Shown here: positions 1 through 10,056 of the stretch, piece after piece | Position numbering within the stretch: the first letter of the stretch is position 1 | Layout of the letters: each line of letters opens with the position of its first letter | From: an uncultured delta proteobacterium | GTDB taxonomy: Bacteria; Myxococcota; Kuafuiibacteriia; Kuafuiibacteriales; Kuafuiibacteriaceae | NCBI GenBank assembly: GCA_963803435.1 | Contig: CAWDML010000014.1 | Span: forward strand, 224,001-288,000 | Length of the DNA: 64,000 nt | Direction of reading: 5' to 3' | The notes under the pieces: generated by a model | The model's input: only the letters and a program-made list of their open reading frames with translations | Databases searched by the model: none | What the model was told of the DNA's origin: nothing | Program-made: the position numbers and the translations under genes

Positions 1-1943
1 GTACGGCGCACGCCGCGGCCGAGCACCGGGTTCTCCGAGCGGAGCCGCGCCAGCGCGCGCACCTTGGTGCGGAGCGCCTCCTGGTACGTATTCACCGCGC
101 CCGGCGCCCACGGCATGCTGCGCCGGTTGTCGGGATCGCCGCCGCCGGCCAGGCCGATCTCGTCGCCGTAGTAGATCAGCGGGATGCCCGGGTTCGTCAT
201 CATGATGGCGAACGCCACGCCCAGCCGCTCGTACGGCTCCGCGTTCCCCGGCTGCGCGTAGTCCGAGGTCCACGAGTTGCCGGCGAAGCTCCCGGTGCGG
301 CAGTCGCCGATCTGACGGCTCGCGAAGTGGATCGGGCGCGGGATGTCATGGTTCCCGATCCAGGTGGTCATGATCGATCGCGCCCCGTAGAAGCCGTCGT
401 TGCTGGCCATCCACTGCGCGAAGCCGTCCATGCTGCCGCCGGGGGTGAAGGCCGCCTCGCAGAGCCGCGCCTTGAACGGGAAGTCGAACTGCCCGTCGAG
501 CATGGTGTCCGGATTCACGAAGCCCTTGATTTGATCCCGGTTGTCGTACGCGAAGGTCTCACCGACCAGATAGAAGCGCCCGCCGTCCGGGTTGGTGATC
601 TCCGAGTTCAACCGCGAGCGCAGGTCGGTGAGCCAGACCAGCGGCACGTGCTTGATCGCGTCGAGGCGGTAGCCGTCGATGTTGAACGTCTTTGCCCACC
701 AGAGCGCGTCGCTCACCGACCAGGCCCGCGGCGCCGGGTTCTCGTAGTCGAACGGCGGGAGGTACGGCGTGAACGCGCAGCGCGTCCCCCAGTACGGATC
801 GTCCCAGAGGTTCTCGGGACCGCAGAGGCGGAAGTTGCCGGCGTCCCGGGCGAACCAGTCGTTGTGGGCCTGGTAGAGCCCGCTGGTGTCGTCGACGTGG
901 TTCATCACGTAGTCGAACAGGATCTTGATCCCGTGCCCGTTGGCGCTGTCGGCCAGGTGCGCCTGATCGATCAGCGTGCGAAGATCGGTCTCGTCACCGA
1001 TGCGCGACTCGACCTCGGGCCGCGGCGTCGGGTTGTTCGGGTCGGCGTAGCTGACGTTGGGCGGCGACGGCCAGTAGCCGTGATACGCGGAGTAGAGGTG
1101 GCTGTCCGAGCCCGGATCGATGGCGGCCCCGGCCGTGTTCCGGTTCTCGTAGGGCGCCGTGATCCACAGCGCCGTGACCCCGAGATCCGCGAGATACGGG
1201 ATCTTCGCCTTGAGGCCCTCCAGATCGCCGCCCTCGTACTGACCGCTGGCGCCCATGTTGGCGTCGCCGTCGCTGGCGCCGGCCACCGGTGAGTCGTTGC
1301 TGGGATCGCCGTCGAAGAAGCGATCGACCATCGCGAAGTACATGACGCTGTCGCGCCAGTCGAACTGCGTGAGGTCGCCGCAGGCGGCGTCGCAGGTGAC
1401 CAGCACGCTGTTCTGTCCGCCGAAGCCGTCGTCCACCGAGTCCGGGTTGTCCGGATCGGCGATCCAGTTGGTGCCGTCGATGATCAGCTTGTACTCGTTC
1501 CGTCCCTCGGGCTCGACCAGCGTGGTGAGCGACCACAGATCGCCGCCCATCTTCTGTAGCACCAGCGCGCCGGCGGCCGGATCCGCGCCCCAGTTGGTGA
1601 ACGTGCCGGTGACCCAGACGGTGGCGGCGGTCGCGCTCCGGTACTCGAAGGTGTGCTCGTTGCAGGGCGGCCCGGCGTCCGGGAAGCCCACGTCCGGCAC
1701 CTCGGCGTCCTCGTTGACGCCGCCGTCGGGGAGGTCGCAGCCGCCGCTGGTGCCCGAGGCGCCGCTGGCGCAGGTGCAGCTCCCGCCCCCGCTGGCACCG
1801 CTGGCCCCCGACCCGCAGCGCGGCGTCCGGTAGTCGCCGGGCCCGCCGCCGATCGGGGGCGGCCGGTCGATGCCGAGCTGATCGTTGAGATCGACGCCCT
1901 CACAGCCGATGGCGGCGATCGAGAGAAGAAGGATCCACTTCAC
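1..1943 (-). CDS. Lipoprotein GH13 alpha-amylase family enzyme with N-terminal CBM48-like domain (3' end outside window)
   Basis: Not in ORF track; translated by hand from GTG at 1943 (RBS GGAG upstream): MKWILLLSIAAIGC lipobox, TVWVTGTFTNW...EYKLIIDGTNWIADPDNP (CBM48/AMPK-like), DWRDSVMYFAMVDRF, GYRLDAIKH, VGETF, WIGNHD catalytic regions. Confidence 0.9.
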   Translation of the reverse strand, partial: MKWILLLSIAAIGCEGVDLNDQLGIDRPPPIGGGPGDYRTPRCGSGASGASGGGSCTCASGASGTSGGCDLPDGGVNEDAEVPDVGFPDAGPPCNEHTFEYRSATAATVWVTGTFTNWGADPAAGALVLQKMGGDLWSLTTLVEPEGRNEYKLIIDGTNWIADPDNPDSVDDGFGGQNSVLVTCDAACGDLTQFDWRDSVMYFAMVDRFFDGDPSNDSPVAGASDGDANMGASGQYEGGDLEGLKAKIPYLADLGVTALWITAPYENRNTAGAAIDPGSDSHLYSAYHGYWPSPPNVSYADPNNPTPRPEVESRIGDETDLRTLIDQAHLADSANGHGIKILFDYVMNHVDDTSGLYQAHNDWFARDAGNFRLCGPENLWDDPYWGTRCAFTPYLPPFDYENPAPRAWSVSDALWWAKTFNIDGYRLDAIKHVPLVWLTDLRSRLNSEITNPDGGRFYLVGETFAYDNRDQIKGFVNPDTMLDGQFDFPFKARLCEAAFTPGGSMDGFAQWMASNDGFYGARSIMTTWIGNHDIPRPIHFASRQIGDCRTGSFAGNSWTSDYAQPGNAEPYERLGVAFAIMMTNPGIPLIYYGDEIGLAGGGDPDNRRSMPWAPGAVNTYQEALRTKVRALARLRSENPVLGRGVRR

Positions 1944-1956
1944 GCCGTCACCGCTC

Positions 1957-4062
1957 CTACTGAACCCGCGCCAGGACCCGTCCCGATCGCGCGGGGACCG
2001 GGACCTCGATCGTCCGATCCGCCCGCACCTCGAACGCCGTGTTGTCGCCGGGTGAGACGTCGCCGAGGAGCGTCCCGGGCGGGAAGTCGACCTGCATGCA
2101 GGCGCCCCCCTTCGAGTCGGGCGCGCAGGTGGTGCTCTGCTGATCGGAGGCGTTGAGCACCACCAGCACCGTCTCCTCCGGGTGCTTGCGCTCGAACGCG
2201 AAGATCCCGTGGTCGCGCTCGCCGGCGGCGCTGTCGGTCGCCCAGCGCACGGCCACGTCACCCTGCCGCAGCGCCACGTGATCCTTCCGGAGCTGGATCA
2301 TCGCCTTGATGAACGTGTACGTCGGGTTCGTGGTGTCGAAGGGGTCGTAGCCCCAGTCGATGCTGCCGGCGCCCATGTCCTCCCGGTTCCGCGGATCGTT
2401 GCCGCCGTTGAACCGCTGCTCGGTGCCGTAGTAGATGCACGGGATCCCGTCCCAGGTGAGCAGGTAGAAGAGCCCGGCGTGGACCACGTCGGTGGTCGAC
2501 TCGTAGAGGAACCGCGGCAGGTCGTGGTTGTCGAGGAAGCTCACCAGCAGCTTGTTGGGCGCGATGCCCACGCCGCCCTGCGCGGGCTCCGCGTGCGGCT
2601 CGTCGAAGTAGGTCGGCCCCACCGGATAGCCGTTGTTCCGGCACCACTCGTCGTCCGGGTTCAGCCCGAAGCGGCTGTTGTACAGGCACTCGAAGTTCTT
2701 GGTGGGCGCGTCGTTCTTGAAGACGGAGTCGATGACCCGGTACTTCTGGCTGAAGTAGAAGACCGAGTCGACGCGACCGAACTTGCCGCGCTCGTCCTGA
2801 CCGCCGAACGTGTAGTCGCCGATCAGCTCGTCGTTGCCGTCGAACGCCTCGCCGAACATGAAGAAGTTCTGCTTGCCCAGCTCCACCGCGTGCTCGCGCA
2901 TGCGGTCGGTGAACTCGCCCCAGAAGCCGCGGTCGTTCACGTCGAGCTCCGGCCGATCGATGTGCTTGAGCGTGTCGATGCGGAAGCCGTCGAAGTCGGC
3001 CATCGTCATCCAGAACTCGAAGGCGCGGATCAGCGCCTCCTTGGCGTCCGGGTTGTCGGTGTTGATGTCCTTGAGGCCGCCCGGGAAGTCGCCGAGGGTC
3101 TCCTGCTCCCGGATGAACTCGCGGGTGTAGCCGTCGCCCTCGTGCCACCACAGGTAGACGCGGCCGCGCCGGTTGTACCAGGTGGGATCGTCGAACCAGG
3201 AGCGATCCTCCGGCCAGCCCACGATCTTCGGCGGGCGCGCCGGCGGCACCCGGTTGATCTCCGGCAGGTGCGGGAAGCGGATCTCGGCGGGCCCCGAGAA
3301 GCCCAGGCTGGTCCAGCCCTGGATCCCGCGCGGGTCGTACTCCGGATCGGCCTCCAGGATGCGCTCGAGGTACTGCTCGCCGTTGACGCAGTAGAGGTTC
3401 TCGTCGGGGCTGCAGCGACAGCCGAAGCCCGAGGTCTCGGAGAACGTCTTCGACATGTCCCGGCAGACCGGGTTGTAGCGATCGCTCTGGCAGACCTGGA
3501 CGCAGGTGTGGCTGGTGCCGCCGCCCGAGATCCACTCGTCGTGCTGACCGTTGCCGTTGATGTCGTAGTAGAAGAGCTGCCCCACGTGGTTCGTGACCAC
3601 GTCGAGGATCACCAGGATGCCGCGCTCATGCGCCTTGTCGACCAGCTCGCGGAGCTTGTAGAGGTCGCCGAAGTGCGGGTTGGGGCGGAAGAAGTCCTGC
3701 GTCCAGTAGCCGTGGTACGAGAAGAAGCCCGCGTCCTCCTCCACGTTCTTCACCACCGGGCTGATCCAGATCGCGGTGGCCCCGAGATCCTGGAGGTAGT
3801 CGAGCTTGTCGATCAGCCCCTGCCAGTCGCCGCCGTGATAGTGCGACATCGACTGCGGCTCCACGTTGTAGTCGTTGTTCGGATCGCCGTTGTTGAAGCG
3901 ATCGACCATGACCTGGTAGATGATCTGATCCCGCCAATCGACGCCCTCGTTCGAGGCGCGCGGGCCGTCGACCAGCGTCTCCTCGACGCTCGGCGCAGAG
4001 CACGCCCAGCAGCCGAGGAGCAGAAAGCTTGCGTAGGAAAGACGCACAGCGAACCTCCTCAT
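1957..4062 (-). CDS. Lipoprotein GH13 alpha-amylase family enzyme with Cys-rich insertion
   Basis: Real start ATG 4062 (ATGA overlap with the porin stop) or GTG ~4047; signal ...FLLLGCWAC; DWRDQIIYQVMVDRF, YHGYW, DVVTNH, GFRIDTLKH, FGEAF, FLDNHD. Confidence 0.92.
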   Translation of the reverse strand: MRRFAVRLSYASFLLLGCWACSAPSVEETLVDGPRASNEGVDWRDQIIYQVMVDRFNNGDPNNDYNVEPQSMSHYHGGDWQGLIDKLDYLQDLGATAIWISPVVKNVEEDAGFFSYHGYWTQDFFRPNPHFGDLYKLRELVDKAHERGILVILDVVTNHVGQLFYYDINGNGQHDEWISGGGTSHTCVQVCQSDRYNPVCRDMSKTFSETSGFGCRCSPDENLYCVNGEQYLERILEADPEYDPRGIQGWTSLGFSGPAEIRFPHLPEINRVPPARPPKIVGWPEDRSWFDDPTWYNRRGRVYLWWHEGDGYTREFIREQETLGDFPGGLKDINTDNPDAKEALIRAFEFWMTMADFDGFRIDTLKHIDRPELDVNDRGFWGEFTDRMREHAVELGKQNFFMFGEAFDGNDELIGDYTFGGQDERGKFGRVDSVFYFSQKYRVIDSVFKNDAPTKNFECLYNSRFGLNPDDEWCRNNGYPVGPTYFDEPHAEPAQGGVGIAPNKLLVSFLDNHDLPRFLYESTTDVVHAGLFYLLTWDGIPCIYYGTEQRFNGGNDPRNREDMGAGSIDWGYDPFDTTNPTYTFIKAMIQLRKDHVALRQGDVAVRWATDSAAGERDHGIFAFERKHPEETVLVVLNASDQQSTTCAPDSKGGACMQVDFPPGTLLGDVSPGDNTAFEVRADRTIEVPVPARSGRVLARVQ

Positions 4063-5495
4063 CGGTAGGTGGAGTTGAACCACCACTCCGCCTCGAGCCC
4101 GATGAACTGGGTCCACGCGCGATCGCGGCGCGGATCCTCGAGCGGATAAAGGTCGCGCGCACCGTCGTTGAGGTGCGCCGCCGCGTAGACCAGCCGCACC
4201 TGCGGCCGCACGTAGGAGCCGACGCCGAACGGCGAGATGACCACCATCGGCGCCACCTGGACGACGGCCGGATTGAGCACCTCCAGGGCCGTCGGGCTGG
4301 GCCCGCGGGGGAAGCGCTGCTGATAGGAGACGTCGACCGCGAACGAGAGCCAGTCGACCGTGGCGATGGACGGGCGCAGGTCGATGACGCCCTCCCAGAA
4401 GTCGTCGACGTCGTGCGTGTTCCGGTCCGCGTCCTGGAAGCGGCGCAGGTAGCCCCCGCCGAGGACGCCGAACAGGCCCACCTCGTAGTTGGCGGAGAGC
4501 CCCATCATCAGCTCGGAGGCGCCCGGGAAGGTCTGCTTGGTCTCGGAGAGGCCGGTCGGCACCTCGAGCTCGTCGAACGCGCCCAGCCCCTGGCCGAAGC
4601 GCACGAAGAGGTTCACGTGCGAGGCGCGCTCCGCGAAGCCCCACGCGCCGATCTGCGCGCCGACCGAGTACCCGAAGTCGGCGGCCAGCGGCTCGAGCGT
4701 CTGGTCCTCCCGGCGCCGCTCGCCGGCCGGCAACCCATAGAGCTCGAGGTTCGCCTTCAGCTTCAGCGCCGGACCGCCGCCGTCGCCGAGCAGCCGGTAG
4801 GACGTCTTGAGACTGCCGACGAAGCGCTGGCGATCCAGCTGGACGATCTCCTCGGCGCCCTGCAAGCGGCCTTGCACTTCGGCCGTCTGGAACTGGAAGT
4901 CCGCCAGCAGTCGGTTGACGCCGACGGCCACCGCCAGGTCGAAGCGATCGAGCTGAAGCGACAGACCGCCGCCGACGGTGTTGAGATCGTCGAGCGGCCA
5001 GAAGTCGAGCAGGTAGATGTCGTCGCCGCGGTACATCCGCGAGCCGACCCACAGCCCGTACTTCTTGGAGAAGATCGCCTCCGCGTATAGGTTCCGCAGC
5101 GCGAGCCGGACGCTGTAGTCGCCGGAGTAGTGAAAAAGATCACCCGAGAGCGCGGGCGTGGTGACGACGCGGAGGAACAGATCGTCCGTCGGCTGCGCCG
5201 AGTAGTAGAGGTCGAGCTCGACGTAGGTGTCCTCGATGATCCGGGGCCCGTGCCCCACGACGTTCACCGAGCGTGGGGTGGAGCCCTTGAGATCGGTCCC
5301 GGCGCCCACGCGACCGTAGGAGCCGAAGTCGAAGCCCACCTCCTTCAGCACCGCGGCCGGCGTCCGCACCTCGGTCTCGGGCGGCGGCGAATCGTCTGGA
5401 TCCGGCGAGGGCGCCCCGTAAGCCGGCGACACCAGGAGGAGCAGAGCGCCAGCGACGAGCACGCGCGAGGCTGGTAGCAAGATCGCGGCCGACAT
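4059..5495 (-). CDS. LamB/maltoporin-like carbohydrate porin
   Basis: Signal peptide, FDFGSYGR, WVGSRMYRGDDIYLLDFWPL (cf. LamB WAGKRFYQRHDVHMIDFYY), C-terminal EAEWWF; upstream of two amylases on the same strand. Confidence 0.8.
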   Translation of the reverse strand: MSAAILLPASRVLVAGALLLLVSPAYGAPSPDPDDSPPPETEVRTPAAVLKEVGFDFGSYGRVGAGTDLKGSTPRSVNVVGHGPRIIEDTYVELDLYYSAQPTDDLFLRVVTTPALSGDLFHYSGDYSVRLALRNLYAEAIFSKKYGLWVGSRMYRGDDIYLLDFWPLDDLNTVGGGLSLQLDRFDLAVAVGVNRLLADFQFQTAEVQGRLQGAEEIVQLDRQRFVGSLKTSYRLLGDGGGPALKLKANLELYGLPAGERRREDQTLEPLAADFGYSVGAQIGAWGFAERASHVNLFVRFGQGLGAFDELEVPTGLSETKQTFPGASELMMGLSANYEVGLFGVLGGGYLRRFQDADRNTHDVDDFWEGVIDLRPSIATVDWLSFAVDVSYQQRFPRGPSPTALEVLNPAVVQVAPMVVISPFGVGSYVRPQVRLVYAAAHLNDGARDLYPLEDPRRDRAWTQFIGLEAEWWFNSTYR

Positions 5496-5736
5496 CCGTT
5501 GCCCATGACGCCCGCAGCCCTTTTGAGTCAATGCGACGGGCCGACCCCCTCGAACGGTCAACGGACGATGTTTGCCCGGTGGCCGGATGTTCTCAGTCGG
5601 CCTCTCCCGGTGCCGTCGGAGCGGCTCGCTTTGCGCCAGCCGGTCCATTTCGAGCCAATGCGCCGAAGTCGTTGAAATGAGTCGGGCGTCGAGACGATGG
5701 GATCGCTTCGATCGGTCTGTCCCTATGGTCTTCGAC

Positions 5737-8103
5737 ATGGCTCGGCGCGCTCTCCCTCTCGTTCTCGTCGGCGGCATCGCGCTCACCGGATGCCCCACCG
5801 CCCATCCGATCCTTCCGGAGAAGGACGCCGGCATGGAGCCGGCGGACAGCGGCTTCAACGTCTTCGATAGCGGAATGCAGGTCGACACCGACTCCGGCGA
5901 GATGCCGGACACCGGCGAGGCGCCCGACACCGGCGCGGCCGACGGCGGCGTCGAGAACCCGCGGGAGCGCTCCTGCGCCACCGTCGTTCGCTTCCGCCCG
6001 ACCGGCCCAGTGACCGACGTGTTCGTCGCCGGCCCGTTCAACGGCTGGTCGCCCGACGCCAACCGTCTCACGGATGACGACTTCGACGGCGTCTGGACCG
6101 CGTCGCTCGACCTCGCGCCCGGTCTCTATCCCTACAAGCTGGTGGTGGACGGCAGCTGGGTGCTCGACCCGGGCCACATCTATCGCGCCTACGACAACGG
6201 CGTCGAGAACAGCGGGCTTCGCGTCCCCGACTGCCACCAGCCGCTCCTCCAGAGCGTGAGCCAGGAGCTCCACGCCACCGGCGCCGGCCGCGGCAGCGCG
6301 CGCTTCGTGGTGCGTTACGTCGACGCCAACGGCGGCGTCGGCCCCGACCCGGCCGGCTTCGAGGTGAAGCTGAGGAGCAGCGACGGCGAGCGCGCGCTCG
6401 CGTCCAGCGAGTGGAGCTTCGACGAGCAGAGCTGGGAGCTCACGCTCGATCTCTCCGGTCTGACCGACGACAAGTACACCGTCTCGATCATCGGGCACGA
6501 TCGGAACGCGGTCGCCTCCAACGAGCTGCTCTATCCCTTCTGGGTCGAGGAAGACGCGTTCGACTGGCGCGACGCGGTGATCTACATGGTCATGCCCGAT
6601 CGCTTCCGCGACGGCGATCCCTCCAACAACGCTGCGCCCACCGCGGGCGCCACACCCACTGCAGACTTCATGGGCGGCGACCTCCAGGGCCTCGCGATGA
6701 CCATCGACGAGGGCTACTTCGACAACATGGGGATCAAGGCGCTCTGGATCGCGCCGGTGAACACGAACCCGCAGGGCGCGTTCGAGGACGGCGACGGCAC
6801 GCACTTCGTCACCGGCTACCACGGGTACTGGCCCGCCCAGCCCCGCCAGGTCGATCCCCGGTTCGGAGGTGAGGCCGGCCTCGATCTGGTCATGCGCGCC
6901 GCCCACCGCCACGGGATCCGCATCCTCACCGACTTCGTGATCAACCACGTCCACCAGGATCATCCGTACGTCGCGCAACACCCCGAGTGGTTCCACACGC
7001 TCCCCAACGGCTGCATCTGCGGCACCGAGGGCTGCGACTGGACGACGCACCGCCTCGACTGCCTCTTCCGCCCGTACATGCCGGACATCGACTGGACGAA
7101 CAACGACGCCTCCGAGACCTTCATCGCCGACGCGCTCTGGTGGCTCGACCGCTTCGATCTCGACGGCCTGCGCATCGACGCCGTGAAGCACGTCCCCGAC
7201 GGCGCCGTCTTCAACCTCGGCACACAGGTCACCGAAAAATTCGAGACCGCCGGCACGAACTACTTCCTGGTGGGCGAGACGGCGATGGGGTGGACCGACT
7301 GCGATCCGCACGACCTCAACTGCAACGGCGAGGACTACGGCACCATCTCCCGCTATATCGGACCGAACGCGCTCGACGGCCAGTTCGACTTCGTCCTCTA
7401 TCACTCGAGCGCGCTCTCGGTCTGGGGCTTCGACACGCACGGCCTCATCCACGCGCAGGTGTGGACCGAGGCGAGCAGCTACCGCTACCCCGAGGGCGCG
7501 ATCATGACGCCGTACATCGCGAGCCACGACACGCCCCGCTACGTCTCGCAGGTGAACCATCCCGAGCTCGCCAACAACAAGTGGCCCGAGCAGCCGCTGT
7601 CCTCGGTGCCCGACGACCCGACCGCCTACCGGCGCCTCGGGCTGGCCATGACCTGGAACCTCACCATCCCGGGGGCCCCGCTCATGTACTACGGCGACGA
7701 GTACGGCGAGTACGGCAGCAGCGATCCCGACAACCGCCACATGTTCCGGCCCGAGTCGGCCCGCAATCAAAACGAGCGCGACCTCGAGGCGTGGATCGAC
7801 GCGGTCACCCTCGCCCGCTGGCACAGCCCTGCGCTCCGCCGCGGCCAGATGGAGACGCTCAACGTCACCGAGACCACCTGGGTCTACGCGCGCAACCTCC
7901 CCGGCGTGGACGTCGCCCTGGTCGCGCTCAACAAGCAGCCGGCCATGGACACCTCGACCGTCGTGCTCCCGACCGAGCTCGCGCTCACGCCCGGCACCAA
8001 CCTCGTCGATCAGCTCACGGGCCAGACGTTCACCGTCAGCTCGAACAGCGACCTCCAGCTCACGCTCGACGGCTTCCAGGCGATGGTCCTGCTGCGAGAG
8101 TGA
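5737..8103 (+). CDS. Lipoprotein GH13 alpha-amylase family enzyme with CBM48-like domain
   Basis: MARRALPLVLVGGIALTGC lipobox; VFVAGPFNGW...YPYKLVVDGSWVLDP; DWRDAVIYMVMPDRF, YHGYW, DFVINH, GLRIDAVKH, VGETA, IASHD; alternative start 5725. Confidence 0.92.
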   Translation: MARRALPLVLVGGIALTGCPTAHPILPEKDAGMEPADSGFNVFDSGMQVDTDSGEMPDTGEAPDTGAADGGVENPRERSCATVVRFRPTGPVTDVFVAGPFNGWSPDANRLTDDDFDGVWTASLDLAPGLYPYKLVVDGSWVLDPGHIYRAYDNGVENSGLRVPDCHQPLLQSVSQELHATGAGRGSARFVVRYVDANGGVGPDPAGFEVKLRSSDGERALASSEWSFDEQSWELTLDLSGLTDDKYTVSIIGHDRNAVASNELLYPFWVEEDAFDWRDAVIYMVMPDRFRDGDPSNNAAPTAGATPTADFMGGDLQGLAMTIDEGYFDNMGIKALWIAPVNTNPQGAFEDGDGTHFVTGYHGYWPAQPRQVDPRFGGEAGLDLVMRAAHRHGIRILTDFVINHVHQDHPYVAQHPEWFHTLPNGCICGTEGCDWTTHRLDCLFRPYMPDIDWTNNDASETFIADALWWLDRFDLDGLRIDAVKHVPDGAVFNLGTQVTEKFETAGTNYFLVGETAMGWTDCDPHDLNCNGEDYGTISRYIGPNALDGQFDFVLYHSSALSVWGFDTHGLIHAQVWTEASSYRYPEGAIMTPYIASHDTPRYVSQVNHPELANNKWPEQPLSSVPDDPTAYRRLGLAMTWNLTIPGAPLMYYGDEYGEYGSSDPDNRHMFRPESARNQNERDLEAWIDAVTLARWHSPALRRGQMETLNVTETTWVYARNLPGVDVALVALNKQPAMDTSTVVLPTELALTPGTNLVDQLTGQTFTVSSNSDLQLTLDGFQAMVLLRE

Positions 8104-8153
8104 GCCGTGGCGCCACCCTTGCTGGCGCCGGCGCGCGGTGATTCCATGGGCGT

Positions 8154-8897
8154 GTGAGGGCCCTGATCCTCGCGTCCACCCTCGCGGTCGCCTGCGGCGG
8201 CGAGTCGAGGCCGCCGCCCCGTATGCCGGATCCCTCGTGGCCGGTGCTGGAGGTCGAGCTCGACGAGATGGAGAACCGCACCCTCTCCGACGTCGTGCTG
8301 GAGTTCGCGCAGGAGGCCTACTTCGACATCGAGATCAACCTCCAGTTCGTCCGGGACGAGGAGTCGATCCCGGAGCTGACGCTGGACGGCTCCGTGGAGC
8401 AGCGGCGCCAGCTCCTGTCCGAGCACCGCACGCACGAGGGCATGGTGCACGCGGTGGTGGCCACCCGGCGGCTCGATCTCCCGGAGCGGGGCGGCGAGCT
8501 GGTGGCCTCCGACGGCGGTCCGATCGAGGAATCCGGCGTCCTCATCTTCTACGACGAGATCGACGACCTTCACCCGGCATGCGGCAGCCCGAACGCCCCC
8601 TCGATCAGCCGCGGCGAGGCGCTGGCGGGCACGCTCGTCCACGAGATCGGCCATGCGCTCCAGCTCGGGCACGACACCGAGGTCGGAGGCGGCGTCAACT
8701 TCTACAACATCATGTCGGAGCCCACCGGCTGCGGTGAGGCCCAGAAGCGCTCGCACGGCCTCGGCAATCACGACGGGCAGCTCGGCGCCACCGAGGAGCT
8801 GGCTGCGCCGCGCTTCTCTGCGGCCGCGCGCGCGCTGATCGATCTCGATCACGTGGTGTCGATCGACACGGCGATCCTCGACAGCCAAGAGATGTAG
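8154..8897 (+). CDS. Lipoprotein metzincin-like zinc metalloprotease
   Basis: Lipobox LAVAC; HEIGHALQLGH zinc motif followed by Met-turn NIMS. Confidence 0.75.
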   Translation: MRALILASTLAVACGGESRPPPRMPDPSWPVLEVELDEMENRTLSDVVLEFAQEAYFDIEINLQFVRDEESIPELTLDGSVEQRRQLLSEHRTHEGMVHAVVATRRLDLPERGGELVASDGGPIEESGVLIFYDEIDDLHPACGSPNAPSISRGEALAGTLVHEIGHALQLGHDTEVGGGVNFYNIMSEPTGCGEAQKRSHGLGNHDGQLGATEELAAPRFSAAARALIDLDHVVSIDTAILDSQEM

Positions 8898-8996
8898 CCG
8901 AGCCCGCGTGCGGCGGATCGCACGCGCAGATTACATGTGGTGAGGTAAGCGACGGTGGGGCGCGTGCTCTGGGAACCTGACCGAGGAGACACGACC

Positions 8997-10016
8997 TTGG
9001 TCAGAACCGCATTCAACCCCTCCTCCCCGACGCTCTTCGACTTCATGGAGCTCCTCCAGGATCCGCAGGCGATCCCGCCGGAGGCGCTGGGACCCGGCTT
9101 CGATCCGTCGTCGCTGGACTCGGTCGACATCGCCCGCGCGCTCCAGTCCCCCGAGCTGAAGGCGTTCATGGAGGCGCAGCTGGCACAGGGCGGGCTCGGT
9201 GACTTCACGGCCGCCGATCTGCTCGCGATGTTGATCGACTACCTCACCCAGAAGTCGAACGAGTCGAAGGCCGCCACGCGACCGCCCCAGCGCCTCGGCA
9301 ACCTCGGCAGCGGCGGGTCCGGCCCGACGGTCCGGAGCAACGGCGCCTCCTGGAACGGAGGCGGAGGAGGAGGTGGTGGTGGCGGTGGCGGCGGCGCGTC
9401 CCCGTCGGCGTCCAGCGCGACGCCGACCACCACCGCGGTGCCCAGCCTTCCCCCGGGCCAGGGCCTCGACGGCTTGAAGGTCCAGGTCATCGGCGACTCG
9501 CTGATGGAGGGCGCCCAGGGCACGACCGGCCAGGCCCTGAAGGACGCCGGTGCCAGCTCGGTCGACATCGACGCCGCGAAGAGCCGCACCATCACCGACT
9601 CGGGCGCCGGCATCCACATGAGCCCGGCCGAGATCCGACAGAAGGTCGAGGCGAGCGGCGCCAACGTGGTGGTCCTCGAGCTCGGCACGAACCACTCCGA
9701 CTTCGGGCGCTTCGTGCCGGAGACGATGAACGAGCTCTCGAAGATCCAGCCCCCGCCGCTGGTGGTCTGGGTCAACACGCAGACGAAGCGGCCGGCCACC
9801 ACCTCGTACGGGCAGGACTACTACGATCAGAACGCGCAGATTAACCAGGTGATCGCGAACGAGGCGGCCAAGCGGCCCAACATGGTGGTCGCCGACTGGT
9901 CCTCGATCGCCGGCGGTTCGGGCATCAACGCCGGCGACGGGCTCCATCTCACCGGCGAAGGAAACACGGCGATGGCCAAGCTGATCCTCGAGACGATCGC
10001 CGGCGCCCGAACTTGA
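8997..10016 (+). CDS. SGNH/GDSL hydrolase domain with unusual helical N-terminus and poly-Gly linker
   Basis: VIGDSL, VVLELGTN, DGLHL blocks; TTG start at 8997 after GAGGAG; Gly run at ~9357-9395; no Sec signal. Confidence 0.75.
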   Translation: MVRTAFNPSSPTLFDFMELLQDPQAIPPEALGPGFDPSSLDSVDIARALQSPELKAFMEAQLAQGGLGDFTAADLLAMLIDYLTQKSNESKAATRPPQRLGNLGSGGSGPTVRSNGASWNGGGGGGGGGGGGGASPSASSATPTTTAVPSLPPGQGLDGLKVQVIGDSLMEGAQGTTGQALKDAGASSVDIDAAKSRTITDSGAGIHMSPAEIRQKVEASGANVVVLELGTNHSDFGRFVPETMNELSKIQPPPLVVWVNTQTKRPATTSYGQDYYDQNAQINQVIANEAAKRPNMVVADWSSIAGGSGINAGDGLHLTGEGNTAMAKLILETIAGART

Positions 10017-10056
10017 GTCGAGCGCCGGCGACGGCGATGCCCGAGCGGGCCCCGGG

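Noticed and set aside
5496-5736. LacI/MalR-type operator in the divergent porin/amylase promoter region
   Set aside because: No convincing palindrome shared with other glucan gene promoters was found by eye
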